Assembly: GCF_963921235.1 (NCBI RefSeq)
Contig: NC_086097.1
Coordinates: forward strand, 60,576,001-60,640,000
Direction: 5' to 3'
From: Mobula hypostoma
Taxonomy: Eukaryota
DNA: 64,000 nt
The position numbers and the translations under genes were made by a program. This document shows, piece after piece, positions 11,447 to 24,516 of this stretch. Numbering within the stretch: the first letter of the stretch is position 1; each line of letters starts with the position of its first letter. The notes beneath the pieces were generated by a model that did no database searches, was not told the DNA's origin, and saw nothing but the letters and a program-made list of their open reading frames with translations.

Positions 11447-12661
11447 TGTAATAATCAACTTAGGCTAGAGAACCCAGGCATGGAGTAACTGGGGACTTGA
11501 GTAGAAAACACTAACAGGAGTTTGTTCATAGAAGATTCAACAAAGATACACAGGTCACTCAGAAAGAATGTCAGTATGGAAAGGCTAATTCAAGACTGAG
11601 AAACAAGCACTCAGCACACATGACTTATATAGTAGAAGATCATACAAGAAACCATCAGTTCAATAGTTCAATTGTTCCATTTAATATCAGAGAATACATA
11701 CAATATACAACCTGAAATTCTCACTCCCTGCAGACATCCTCAAAACAGAGGAAAAACCCCAAAGAATGAATGACAGGGAAAAAAAATCTAAGAACACAGA
11801 AGATCCCTCCCTCCCATGTACAAGCGGCAGCATACAGAATCAGCCCTCCTCCCTCCCCCCACCCCCGCTTATTTTAGCATAACACATCAGCATTCCCATC
11901 ACCCACCAGCAACAGCAAAGCCCCCTAAAGGTGACCATAACCTACAGTACAAAAATTGACTGTTGGAAGAGATAGATATCGCTCCTTCCACAGTGAAAGG
12001 GGAGACAAGCAGTCGCTGTTTCGATGTTACAGTCAGTCTGAAGCGTTGCTTTTATTTTGCATTCCCTGACTCGAGAATCAGCAGCAAACTCTCACTCATC
12101 ATCCAAAGAGAGAGAGGGAGTGAGTGATCACCGATTCCGGTGGCCCCTGAAAGCCGCTCTTGCTGTTTTTGATGTTCCAGATCCCACTATGCTTCAGTTT
12201 CCGACACTAGTGAGAATTTGTGTCCACAGGGTCACACAAAGCCGCACCCTGAAGGCACCCAATTTCAGACCGAACCTGGAAGTATCAAAAACGTGGCCGA
12301 TTGGCAAGCTCCAAGAATAGAAACCCGCCACCATGCAGAACTGCAGTTTGAGTGCCACTGTAGATCTAAGACCCTGACAGGACCCCAGCCACACTGAAAA
12401 AGAAAATAGAGACATTAGAAGTGGAAGAATGTAACTGTTTCACTGATGGGCTGAGAGAAGTCAATCTCGGCTCCATCTTTAGTTTCACTCCAGTTACCAA
12501 TAATCAGCATGAAAAATCTTCAGGGAGCAAATAACAGGTAAAACAAGTATGATTAGGTAAATTAATGATATTCAGGTGAAGTAGTGCGCTGAGGTCTTGG
12601 GTTGTTGTGGTGGGAGCGGGGGCGGCGGGGGGTCTCCTTCTGTTCCAAAGTGCTCATGACG
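11447..12661 (-). repeat. 5' LTR of the sushi-like Gypsy element (interrupted)
   Basis: Homologous to 2536-2863; split by the ~11657-12495 insertion; ends TGACG and is followed by the TSD CTCAC. Confidence 0.8.
11657..12495 (-). mobile_element. ORF-less non-autonomous retroposon, copy A
   Basis: Both ends are shared with copies at 24040, 28157 and 51333 (CATTTAATATCAGAGAAT... and GAAAA..GAGACATTA..CTGTTT..CCATCTT). Confidence 0.7.
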
Positions 12662-13544
12662 CTCACCTTCTTCATTTAGTATAGTACTGCTTTTTTATCA
12701 CCTCTATTTTGGCATGATATGCTCATGTGTATATTTGTTAGTGTATAATTAATATGCCCATTTCTAAATGAGTGTTCTGAATTTGGTTTGAGGAGCAAAT
12801 TATGTCAATGTAATTCAGCTTTACTTTTCAATTTTTCTTTGGAGACTATAGCAATATATTCACTATAGTAAATCCATATTGGCTTTGAGAATGGGCTGAA
12901 ATTTGAGAAAGTGAAGGTCAAGATTTGGATTTTGTGTTTGCTGCTTTATGCTGCTGACCTGTGATGCAGAAATGGTTGTCTGGCATTCCACACAATGCAA
13001 CCAGTAATAGCTTTAGGAGAGCCGGGAGAGATCACTTTTGCAAAGCAGAAAGAATGTCATAATAACAGGTGTGAAGCGATGCATTTCAATGAAACTGCTG
13101 AAGACGCCTGGTTCATGGTGGCATTGTCAAATGAGCTTTTTGTCTAATGCAATTAAAACTCCTCCTGCAGGGTGCAAGTGCTTTCATTAACGTTGTGTGG
13201 GTCTCTGATATGAAGAAGTGGAAATGTGAGCAGTGAATAATAAGTATCAAAAATACTGACATCACAAACCATGACATGGTGGCATCTGATGAGGCAGGGA
13301 AATTATAATAAGGGCATTCTGCTTAACAGTAGAGATATAAATACATTAAAAGCCTTGAACATATGTTGTAAAATTATTTTTTTCATCTAAATTTGAAATT
13401 TTCTATTTATGGTATTGTGTTGGATAAATAATATGATACCAATTGTGGTGTGCAGTAGGAGGGAAGGGAGGTTAAATTTTAAGCTGCTGAAATCAGGAAT
13501 GAGGAACATGCTACATGGTTAACCCACACCTATTGATTCTAATG

Positions 13545-13870
13545 CAGAGAACTTGGCATTGTCACTTTGTCCTCTTCTCATTGTTACCATCAGGAATGAG
13601 ATGCAGAATTCTGATTCAGGAACGGTTTCCTCCACTCTGTCATCTGATTTCTGACTGGGCATTGAATCCATAAATACTATCTCGCTATTTTTTTTTTAAT
13701 TTCTGTTTTTGCACTTCTTACTTCAATTTATCTATTTAATATACATATATATACTTACCGTAATCCAGTCTTTGTTCCATATTTATCATGTATTGCATTG
13801 TACTATTGACACAAAGTTAACAAATTTCATGACATATGCTGGCGATATGAAACCTGATTCTGATTCTGAT
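13545..13870 (+). mobile_element. Rex1-like LINE 3' end
   Basis: TTCTCATTGTTACCATCAGG..TTCAGGAAC, then a 3' UTR ending AAACCTGATTCTGATTCTGA as at 58219-58405. Confidence 0.8.
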
Positions 13871-15145
13871 ACATGTCAAATCTGTTGGAATTCTTTGAAG
13901 AAATAACAAGCAGGATAGACAAAGGAAAAATGGTTGATGTTGTGCACTTAGATATTGAGAAGGCCTTAGAAAAAGTTTGTTACATGAAGCTGCTTAACGA
14001 GATACTACCTAGGATAAAGCAGTAGCTGATTGGCAGGAGGAAAAGAGTGGGAGTAAATGAAGCCTTTTCCGGTTGGCCGCCAGTCTTCTACAGGGGTTTG
14101 TGTTGGAACTGTTTCTTTTTATGTTATAAGTCAATGACTTGAACGACAGAATTGATGGCTTTGTTGCGAAGTTGCACATGATACAAAGGTAGATAGAGGG
14201 GCAGATAGTTTTGAGAAAGTAGAAAGGCTACAGAAGGACTTGGATTAGGAGAATGGGTCAAGAAATGGTAGATGGAATACCGTGTCAGGATATATATGGT
14301 CATGCACTTTGGCAGACGAAATAAACTGGGACAGAAAATGCAAAAATACGAGGCACAAAGGGACTTGGGTGTCTTCGTGCAGTGTTCCCTAAAGTTTAAT
14401 TTGTAGGTTGAATAAGTGGTGAGGAAGGCAAATGTGATGAGAGCATTCATTTCAAGAGGACTACAATATAAAAACAAGGATGTGGTATTGAAACTTTATA
14501 AAACTCTGGAGTATTGTGAGTAGGTTTGGGCCCCTTATTTTAGAAAGGATGTGCTGACGCTGGAGAGCGTTCAAAGGAAGTTCACAAAGATGATTCCAGA
14601 ATTTAACCGTTTGTCATATGAAAGGCATTTGATAGCTTTAGGCCTGTATTTACTGGAATTCAAAAGAATGAGGGTGACCTAAATGAAACCTATCAAATGT
14701 TGAAAGGCCTCAATAGAGTGAAGGAGGAGAGGATGTTTCCTATGGAGGAAGAGCGTAGGACCAGAGGACACAACCTCAGATTAGAGGGGTATCCTTTTAG
14801 AACAAAGATGAGGAAGAATTTCTTATAGGGAGCTCGGGAGATCTTGCAGGCATCTTGACAGCCAACTCAGGAGATCTTGCAAGTGACTCAGGAGGAATTT
14901 CTTTAGCCAGAGAGTGGTGAATCCTTGGAATTCGTTACCACAGGTGGCTATGGAGGCCAACTCTTTATGTACAGTATATTTAAAGCAGAGGGTGATAGAT
15001 TCTTGATTGGTCAGGGTGTGAAGGGAAATGGGTAGAAAGCAGAAGAGTGGGGCTGAGAGGGAAAATAGGTCAGCCATGATGAAATGGTGGAGCAAACTTG
15101 ATGCACCAAATGGCCTAATTCTGCAGATATATTTTATGCTCTTAT
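13871..15145 (+). mobile_element. Decayed CR1 RT/3' fragment
   Basis: Degenerate EFFEEITSRIDKG, NDLND, KG..RGLQYK and RGHNLRLEG, followed by a CR1 3' UTR. Confidence 0.85.
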
Positions 15146-15239
15146 TTGTGTAATTATTGCATTGGGCCTGATTTTATATTCAATACATTAGCTTTATCTG
15201 CCAGCTAATATCCTGAGCAGAAATAACCATTTCATTTTG

Positions 15240-16110
15240 GCCCAATATACTAAAAGTCACTTTACATCTTAAAAAAAGGAAGATAATTTTGGTTTGCTGC
15301 TCTTAAGAGCATATTGTACTGTTTTTGTTTTAATGAGGCACATTGTTAAACACTTTCTTGAAATTCAAATACAATTTACCTGCTGGTTCCTAGCAGTCCA
15401 ATCCAGTCAAGGCATCTTGAAAAGGTACTCCAATAAATTTTTCAGATGTGATTTCCCTTTCACCAAGTCATGTATCTATGACTAGATTACAATTCTCCAG
15501 ATGTGGCTCTATTACTGTCTTAATAATTGATCCTTACATTGAGGATATTAGACTAATGGTCTGTAGTTATCAACATTTTTCCTCCTTTTTAAATTTTGGT
15601 GTCATTTTCTCAATTTTCCAATCCTCATGCTCTTCTTTAGAATGTAAAGTTTTTCTTTGAAGATTATAACTGATTCATTTACTTTCTCAGTATCTTTTAC
15701 TTTTAAGACCGTAGGATGCAAGCTATCTGTGCAAGCAGACTTTAGACTTTATCCCCATTAGTTTGACCAATACCAATTCTCTAGTGTTGGTGAAGACAAT
15801 AAGTTCATCTCCAGCATTATTTGTATAAATGTAATGCCCCTAGTATATTTTACTATATAGACTGATGTAAAACATCTGTTCAGCTATTCTGCCATTTTTT
15901 TTACTCCATAGTCTTTTACCAAACTATTTCAAAGAATCCAAATTTTCACTTGGACTTGGCTGTTCATTTACACATGCTAAATAAACTTTTAAAATCTGTT
16001 TTTATATTCCACAGTGGTTTGTCTTAATTTATTTTCTTTTTTTTTTGTTTTATTTTACTTGATTCTGAATTCATTCGGTCTTCAAAACTACTGCAGACTT
16101 TTGCCTGCTT
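15240..16110 (-). mobile_element. Highly decayed CR1-like LINE fragment
   Basis: The reverse strand resembles CR1 ORF2 (CATGACTTGGTGAAAGGGAAATCACATCTG; AGATGTTTTACATCAGTC). Confidence 0.5.
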
Positions 16111-16139
16111 ATGTTTTTCTTCCTTTATAAAACTACTTT

Positions 16140-19100
16140 TGTTGTGTACTTAATATTTCGGTAATATTTGGGCAATATTGTAAATATGTTGTTTGATTAA
16201 GCATTCTTTGTTGTTTACATAATTGATAGCAGGTCATTTGTAAAAGTACATAAATAGCCAATGTCATCACACCGCTACGTGATATGTATGCACTCACTTA
16301 AAGAGAAGAAGCTCGACTCACTTCTTGGGCTCCTATATCTTCTGATTAATGTTTGGCAGTTACAAAACACAACAGTGGAGGTGAGGCAATCTTACAACAA
16401 AAGCGAGATGACTACCTACCTGTTAAATTCTAGTGAGACATCTGAGTTTAAAAAAAATGCAGCAAGAAATGGTTGAATTTTTTAAAAAAAATGCGGTATG
16501 ATTTTTTTCTTCAGAGCAGCACTTTATTTTGCAAAAGAAATGACGATTGAGTAACATAAGAGCGAGAGAATGGAAGAATTCACGGGGTCATAAACAGTGA
16601 TTACCAAGTAATAACAATCATTAAAAAAAAATAGAAATGGCTGGCTACATCAGAAAGAATGATGTGTTTGATTACACAAAAGTTAACTGGAATATGTATA
16701 CTGAACGAATTGAACAACATGTCTACTGAATGGTCTGAGCAAATAGCTCCATTCAAAGGAAAGGTAATAGCCAATGAGAAATGTGTACCAATTTTGCTGA
16801 GTACATTGGATGATAAAGTATATATCTGCTAAGAAATTTAACTTCTCCAACTAAACCAGCTGAAATTAGCTTAATAGATATTATGGAAATAATGCAGGAG
16901 CATTTAGAACCAATATTATTGTTGATTGCCGAATGCTTTCAGTTTCATAAGCAGAATCAAAAGGAAGGAGAGTCCAGTTCAATGTAAGTGGATAAATTGA
17001 AGAAATGGTCTGAGTATTGTCAGTTTGGTAATGGGCTTAATGCATTGAAAGATTGTTCAGCTTGTGGAATCAGAACAGCTTCAAGCTGAAGCACAGCATC
17101 CATTTAAATAAGCGGCTGAAATAGCTGCAACAATGGAAATAACAGATAGAGATGGAGTCCTTTCTAGCCAAAAAAAAAAGTATCCTTGTGTCAGGAGATC
17201 CATACAAATGCAGTTTTAAAGATGAAACTTGCAGAAAATGCAAAAAAGTAGGACACATATAAAGAGTATCTCAGGCAGACAAGACTAAATGGACTGCACA
17301 GGTTAGAGAAAATGATAAAAAGTAAAGTTACGGTTTCAAAAAGAGCACTAATCTGCATGCTGTGAATGAAAAATCTGATAGTGTTGGGAGGGACACAGGA
17401 CAGATAGCCTTGAGACTTGCAATGTAAAAGCTAACAAGAGAGAAGCAATATGCTTATACCAGAAATAAACAGCTAATTAATTAAAATGGAATTGGATACT
17501 AGCTTGGATGTTTCAGTCATTCCAAAGTATGAGTTTGATAGCATTTCAAAGATACTAAATTAAGGCGTGCAAATATTCAGCTAAGAACTTGTACTGGAGA
17601 AATGATTAACTCCTGTGGGAAGAACAATCCTCACCATGAAATACAACCAACCAACCATGTTGGGTTGTTTGTGGTGAAAACAGGAGGGCCAATGCTATAA
17701 GTGTGTGATTGGCTGAGACAACTAAACTTGACTGGAGATCTGGCCACCACTTGCATGCCACATCTCTGGCAATAAAGCCAACTGAAAGCGAATTAAGAAG
17801 GGTCCTGGATGATGCTATAATAGTGTTCAAGTATGTCATTGGGAAACCAAAATATATCAAAGGTGAAATAATGTTGAATGAAAATGCACACCCAGGTTTT
17901 GCAAAGCCTGTCCGGTTCCTTAAATCGTCCGTAGTAATGTAGCCAGTGAGCTAGGTTGCACGGAGGCTGAAGGAATCCTTTCCAAATTTGATTGGAGCCC
18001 ATGGGTAATGTCAGTAGTCCCAGTGGCCAAGAATAATGGGTCTGTAAGGAGCTGTAGTGATTTTAAGGTCACCATCAACTCAGTACTGAGAGTAGATCAA
18101 TGCTTTCTGGCCAGGATAGAGGATATCTTCAGAATTTTTTTTCTGGAGGAAAACACTTCAGCAACGTGGACATTGATATGACCTATCTACAGATGGAGAT
18201 GGAAAAAGAGTTCAAAGTGTTTCTTACCATAAGCATTACAAAGGGCCTTATCGCTATAATAGGCTTACTTTTGGAGTAGCATCTCCACTCTGGCAGAAAG
18301 CCGTGGACCAGGTGTTGCAAGGCTGTCAAGACACTCAATTCTACCTGGATGACATCATTGTTACCAGTAAAGGTGAAAAGGAAGTCTCCAAAATCTCAAG
18401 ACAGTGTTAAAAAAATAGAAGATTCTGGGCTCAGAAAACATGAAACAAGTGTGAATTCTTTAAAACAAGCATCTCTTACTGTGGTCACAACATTGATGCC
18501 CAAGAATTGCACAACTGTGCTGAGAAAATTCAAGCAGTGGTAGATGATCCAAGGCCAAAAGGTGTGTCACAGTTGCAATCCTTTTTAGGATTTGTCAATT
18601 ACTATAGCAGGTTTTTGCGAAACCTTGCTACTGTACTTCACCCCTTGAACTCACTCCTACAGGTTGGGAAGCAATAGCAGTGTGAGGTAGCTTTCAAAGA
18701 GGTAAGGGGAACAGTGATATCAGATACTCTATTTGCACATTATGATCCGCATCGTCCAGTGAAGCTTGTCTGTGATGCCTCGCCTTATGATAGGTGTAGT
18801 CATGTCACATGTTGTGAGAGAAGGAAATGAATGCCTTATAGTCATGGCATCACGTTCCATTACCAATGCAGAGAAAAATGAAGCACAAATTGACAGAGAG
18901 GGCATGAGTCTGGTTTAGGGTGTAAAACATTTCGACCAGTACTTGTATGGGAGAGGTTTGCGCTCGCTACTGATCATCAAACACTAGTGACCATTTTCAA
19001 TCGGCAGAAGGGTGTTTCACTAACAGCAGCAGAATGAATGCAGAGATGGACACAATTACAAGATTGAATTCAAAAGGATGACTAATTATGGAAATACTGA

Positions 19101-19605
19101 TGGGTTGCCCTGTTTACACTTGGAAAAGAAAATATCTGAAAAATGTTTAAAAGCGGACACTCCTTTTGACGTATTCTCTCTAACGCAAATTGAGATCTCC
19201 CTACTACAACAGAGATGGTCCAAAAGGAAACAAGAAAAGAGCCCATACATTCCCAGGTCTACATAGCCACCTAAAATGGCTGGAATTGCAGCAAAAATTC
19301 CACTTCCACAATTTTTACCAGCACTGGGATGAAGTTGCTCCTGACAGAGCTTGCCTTGTGTGGGGATTGAGAGTTGTTGAACCATCTAAGCTAAAAGTTA
19401 ATCTGTTGCAGGAGCTATATGCTGGTCATCTAGGCATGGTTAAAATTAAAGTGATGGCTCAAAGTTTTGTCTGGTGGACTGCGATAGATCAGCAGATTGG
19501 CCAGCTTGCCATGCAACGTTTGGGATGCCAACACATCCAGAAGATGCCAAGAGCAGCATCTTTCCATCCCTTGGAATGGCATGCATTGCCGTGGCAGGGG
19601 ATTAA
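16140..19605 (+). mobile_element. Decayed Gypsy LTR retrotransposon (5' LTR, gag, pol), 3'-truncated
   Basis: LTR 16140-16374 with TGTTG...CAACA ends. Gag starts MAGY at ~16637. Protease MELDT, RT YLDDII (~18341), RNase H CDASPY and TDH, and integrase zinc region HLGMVKIKVMAQSFVWW are recognisable. Confidence 0.9.
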
Positions 19606-19609
19606 TATA

Positions 19610-21240
19610 TGCTAATTATTCTCCATATTTGAACAGGTTTACAACAGTGTTGTTATTAGCAAATTTGAATATGGCATTGGAGTTATGCTTAGCCATACAG
19701 TCGTAAGTGTAAAATGAGTAGAGCAGGGGGCGAAGCACACAGCTTGTGGTGCATCTGTGCTGATGGAGATCATGGAGAAGATGCTGTTGCCAATCCAAAC
19801 TGACTGGGTTGTACAAGTGAGGAAATCCAGGATCTAATTGTACAAGGAGGTATTAAGGCCAAGTTCTTGGAGCTTTTTGATTAGTTTTGAGGGATGATGG
19901 TATTGAATATTAAACTGTCACTGATAAAGAGCATACTGCTGTATGCACCTTTGCTGTCCAAATATTCCAGAGTTGAGTGAAGAGCCAATGAGATGGTATT
20001 TGCTGTGGACCTGTTGCTCTGGTAGGCAAAATGGAGCAGATTTAAGTCACTTCTCAGGCAGTAGTTCATATGGTTCATCACCAACCTCTCAAAACACTTC
20101 ATCACTCTTGATGTAAGTTCTACTGGGTGATAGTCTTTGAGGCAGGTCACCACGCTGTTCTTGGGTACCAGTATAACTGAAGCCTGCTTGAAGCAGATTG
20201 GTAACCTCACACTGCCGAAACAAGAGGTTAAAGAGCTCAGTGAACACACCAGCCAGTTGATCAGCACAGGTCTTTAGTACGTGGCCAGGTACCTCGTCTG
20301 GACCCAAGAGTTTTTGTGGTTTCACCGTCGTGATGGCAGCTTGTATGTTGGCTTCAGAGATTGAAATCGTGAGATCATCAGGAAAAATGGGAGTTCATGT
20401 TGGTTCCTCCATGTTTTAATGGTCAAAGTAATCATACAAGGCATTGAGCTCATCTAGAAGCAAAGCCCAACTGTCTCCAATGTTGCTTCTTTTAATTTTA
20501 AGAGGTGATAGTATTCAACCCTTGCTACAACTGTTGAGAATTCTTCATTGATTCAAGTTTGATCCAGAATTTACACTCTGCCAGTGAGATCGTCTCTGGA
20601 CCTCTTGTAACTTACTTAGTCACAGGACCTGAATGCATCTGATCTGGCTCTCAGCAGATTTTGGATCTCATGGTTCATCCACGGCTTCCGATTGGGGAAG
20701 ACTTAGAATGATTTTGTGAGGACACACTTATCAACAGCTGTTTTAATAAAATCTGTTACAACTATTATGTATTCATTCATATCCCTAAATGAGTGCTTGG
20801 ACACGGCCCAGTCCACTGACTTGAAGCAATCCCATAGCCGCTCTTCTGCCTCCCACGGCCACCTCTTTATTGTTCTAATTTCTGAACTTTGCTTTTTAGC
20901 TCCTGCGTATACGCAGGTAGGAGTACTACAGCCAAATGATCTGATTTACTAAAATGCTATCCAGGCAAGGAATGGTAGGCATTCCTTATCTTAGTATAAC
21001 AGTGGTCTTGTATATTGGGACCTCTGGTTCTACAGCTAAGAGTATATGCTGATGGTAGTTGGGCAGGGTGTCTTCAAAGAAGCCTGGTTAAAATCTCTGA
21101 CTATGATTTGAAATGCATTGTGATGGACTGTTTCTTGTTTGAAGACAGCTTCATGCAGTATCACAATTATAGTCATCTGCTGGTGGAATGCAAACTGCAG
21201 TCAGGAATATGAAGAAGAAATCTCAAGGTAAGTAGAACAG
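19610..21240 (-). mobile_element. Rex1/Babar-like LINE (EN-RT), decayed
   Basis: ORFs 19881-20267 and 20089-20325 give GPDEVPGHVLKTCADQLAGVFT and [22 protein letters not shown]. The element continues at 22579-22830. Confidence 0.88.
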
Positions 21241-21245
21241 ATAGC

Positions 21246-22419
21246 TACCCTGTAATGGGTTAAAAGAACCAGCAGAAATGGAACACACCTGGAGTCTGTT
21301 TTTGCAGTTTACTAACGCTATTTTTATTAGTAACTACGCAATATAGTAATATAAAAATAGATAGATCGAACAGGTTAGCAGAGTTTATGCATATATAGGT
21401 GTTGAAATATAAAACCCAAACTTCTTCAGACTTAGGTGGTAATGGATACAGTCTTACAATGGTAGGTAAATGAAGTCAGTTCAGTTCGTGATATTGAGTT
21501 GAGTAGAACTGAGGAGAGATCTTTGAAATCCGAAGGCGAATGTTGTGAGAAGGCAAATATGTCGATATTCCACAGATTCCATGATAGCAATACAAAATAA
21601 CAATAGTAGTAGGTTTTATCTCCGAAGTTGTTCCACTCCACACACGAAATATCACTGTCAGTGATATTCAACGAATATCCTTTCAACACAAGTGGTACCG
21701 CACCCGAATTCAGCTATGGGTCATTCCAAAGTGGTGGCCACAGGATACTCCAACAGAATCCACGTATGGATATCACCAACAGTAGCTTATCACAAAGGGG
21801 ACCCTCTTCAAGGGAACCACCACCCAGGCAGGGGTCAACATACCAGTAGATTCCACAAGGTTACATCAAACACACATGATAGCCGCTTATCCAGTTCCAC
21901 GACATACGAAATAACTCCAACAGTGATTTGCCACAGCGTTACCTTTCTTCAGTGAACTACCACACCCAGACAAAGGGTAAATACACAAGTGGTATTCACA
22001 AATGTTTTTACCCTCACCAGAGACCCACTCTTGTGGATTAACTAAGTGACAATCACACTTTCATACTCGAATGGAAACAAGCTCACCCTCACGGGCTACT
22101 TAGACAGAGAGAGTCCAAACAGTCATCTCTTTGTCAATAGGTTTCTTCTGTTTCAAACCTGTCCCTCCTCTTTCCTCTTCCTGCAAACTTGTTCTAGTTG
22201 CAGAAAACTTGTGAGAGTCATTTATCAATACACAGGATCGATCTCAACTCACCCCTTTTGGGCTACTGAAAGTTTAAACCAGCAACCGACTCACTGTCTT
22301 CCACTAACCAAATCCAACTTGACTCTAACTGTGTGTGTCTGTGAGTCCTTGTATATTCAAAACAAGCTGCAGAGAAACCATAACATTGATTGCCCATCAA
22401 ATAACTCCACCCCTCTCTC

Positions 22420-22495
<76 letters not shown>

Positions 22496-22578
22496 TCAGT
22501 GTCCAAAAGTCAGTCTCATTCTCCCGGCGTTTTAAATTGACAGTCCACAGAAAGTATGAACCCTAGGGGTAGATAACA
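21246..22578 (-). mobile_element. Long (~1.3 kb) LTR, same family as 54498-54852
   Basis: Both ends match the reverse complement of 54498-54852 (AAGAACCAGCAGAAATG..GGAGTC; GACAGTCCACAG..ATAACA). It contains internal degenerate repeats and a (CT)n tract. Confidence 0.7.
22412..22495. repeat. (CT)n microsatellite
   Basis: Direct inspection. Confidence 0.95.
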
Positions 22579-22830
22579 GGAACAACAATGAGAATTTATC
22601 ATAAGAACCCACTTCCTCATTTTGCCTTTCTCACTCAGCAGTTCGATCCATTCTGTAAATTGAGAAGCCTTTGGGTGTGATGGCTGTATCTGGCCTGGAG
22701 AAAGACATATTTCAATGAAGCATACAATACAGCAGTCTTTTAGCTCTCTTTGATACAGCAGTCTTGACCTCAGGTCCTCAGTGTTGTTCTCCTGCGACTG
22801 CACATTTCCCAATAATCCGGAGGCCCAGTC
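22579..22830 (-). mobile_element. Rex1-like endonuclease N-terminal fragment
   Basis: LLGNVQSQENNTEDLRSRLLYQRELKDCCIVCFIE in ORF 22516-22956. Confidence 0.75.
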
Positions 22831-24039
22831 AGCAGTGGGAACAGAGCACCTCGAAGAAAGTAACAGTACAGAAGGGACAAGCAGTGCGGCCATGTCAGGG
22901 TGGCCATTGTTGGGAGTGGCCACCAGTGAGAGTGGGAGCATCAGGCTTTGACTCAAGAGGCTTTAACGAGAAGAGGCTGAGGTCAAAGACCACAGGTTAG
23001 AAGACTTGGTCTTTGTTGTCCATTGTACAGTGCGGGCAGGATGGCAGATATGACAGTGGATTGCTCCTCCTGGATGTGAGAATTCATGGAACCTTTTAAT
23101 CTCCCTGATGACTACACCTGTGGGAAGTGTAGTTAACTTCAGTTCATGAAAGACCACATTAAGGAGCTGGAGCTGGAGTTCGATGAACTTAGGATCATCC
23201 AGGAGGCTGAGTAATTGATAGATTTGATTTTTGAACAGGTGGTTACACCCAGACTGCAGAATTTGGGGAGTAGATGGGTAAACACCGAGATAGATAAAGG
23301 ACGTCAGTGTAGGGTCTTCCTGTGGTCATTCCCCTCAGCAACAGGTATGCCCCTTTGGATACTACTGAGGGGGAATGACCTATCTGGGCAAGGCAGCAGC
23401 AGCCAGACCAATAACATTGTGGTCGGCTCTGAGCCTCAAAAGGGTAGGGTGAAGTCAGATGGACCAATAGTCATAGGGGACCTGATAGTTAGGGGGATAG
23501 GTAGGAGATTCTGCGGCAGCAAAAGAGATACCAGGATAGTGTGTTGTCTCCCGGGTGCTAGGGTCCAGGATGTCTCTGAGCAGTTGCTGAATATTTCTGA
23601 AGGGGAGGGCGAGCAGGCGGATGTCGTGATGTATGTTGGTACCAATGTCATAGGCGGGGGAGAGTCCTGCGCAGTAAGTTTAGGAAGTTAGGGAAGAGGT
23701 TGAAAAGCAAGACCTCCAAGGTGGTAATCTCTGGATTTCACCTGGTGCCATGAGCTGGGGAAGGTCAGAACAGGAAACTCGTGTAGATGAATGAGTGGCT
23801 GAGGAGATGGTGCAGGGGGCAGAGGTTCAATTTCTTGGATAATTGGAAACTTTTCTGGTGACGGAGTGACCTGTACAAGTGGGATGATGTTGCACCTGAA
23901 CTGCAGGGGAACCAATATCCTGGGAGAGAAGTTTGCTAATGTTACTGGGGAGGGTTTAAACTAGATTTGAAGCAGGGTAGGAACCAAGTGAAGAGGTAGA
24001 GGATGAGGAGGTTGGCACACAAATAGGCAGAGCTTGTAG

Positions 24040-24477
24040 TGTTTCAATAGGTACATTTAATGTCAGAGAAATGTATACAATATACACTTTGAAATTCTTT
24101 TACTTCACAAACATCCCCAAAAAACAGAGGAGTGCCCCAAAGAATGAATGGCAGTTAGAACCCCAAAACCCCCTCCAACTCCCCCCGCTCATGCATAAGC
24201 AGCAGTAATGCCCCACCCCACCGCAAAAAAGCATCAGTGCCATCCACCAAGCACTCAAACATGCAGCAAGCTTCAGTAAAGACACAGACTTGCAATACCC
24301 CAACGACTACTCATTCACCTGGTAATCAACATACCACAGGCGCTCTCTCTCTCTCTCTCTCTCTCTCCTCTCTTTTCTCTCTCTCTCTCTCTCTTTTCTC
24401 CCTCTCTTCTCTCTCTCTCTCTTTTCCCTCTCTCTCTTTTCTCTCTCTCGCTCTCTCTCTCTCTTTTCCCTCTCTCT

Positions 24478-24516
<39 letters not shown>

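Larger units (their letters stand above)
2536..12661 (-). mobile_element. Sushi/Tf-like Gypsy LTR retrotransposon, internally deleted and interrupted by nested insertions
   Basis: Two related LTRs (2536-2863; 11447-12661, the latter split by an insert) and a 5-bp TSD CTCAC (2531-2535, 12662-12666). A PPT-like AGGAGGGG lies next to the 3' LTR. Gag starts MDP at 11430, with EEPMQ and a zinc-knuckle region (~4170-4235). A protease-like FTDSCA is at ~3830 and the RT start reads RLYSLSLSERKA..YIQEELRSGFIQSS. Confidence 0.85.

Noticed and set aside
12598..12632. G-quadruplex-like G-rich tract in the 5' LTR
   Set aside because: It is not conserved in the sister LTR, and there is no evidence of function.
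16375..16390. Assigning a specific tRNA to this Gypsy PBS
   Set aside because: TGGAGGTGAGG is too decayed (3 mismatches to a tRNA-Ser-type TGGCGACGAGG) to call.
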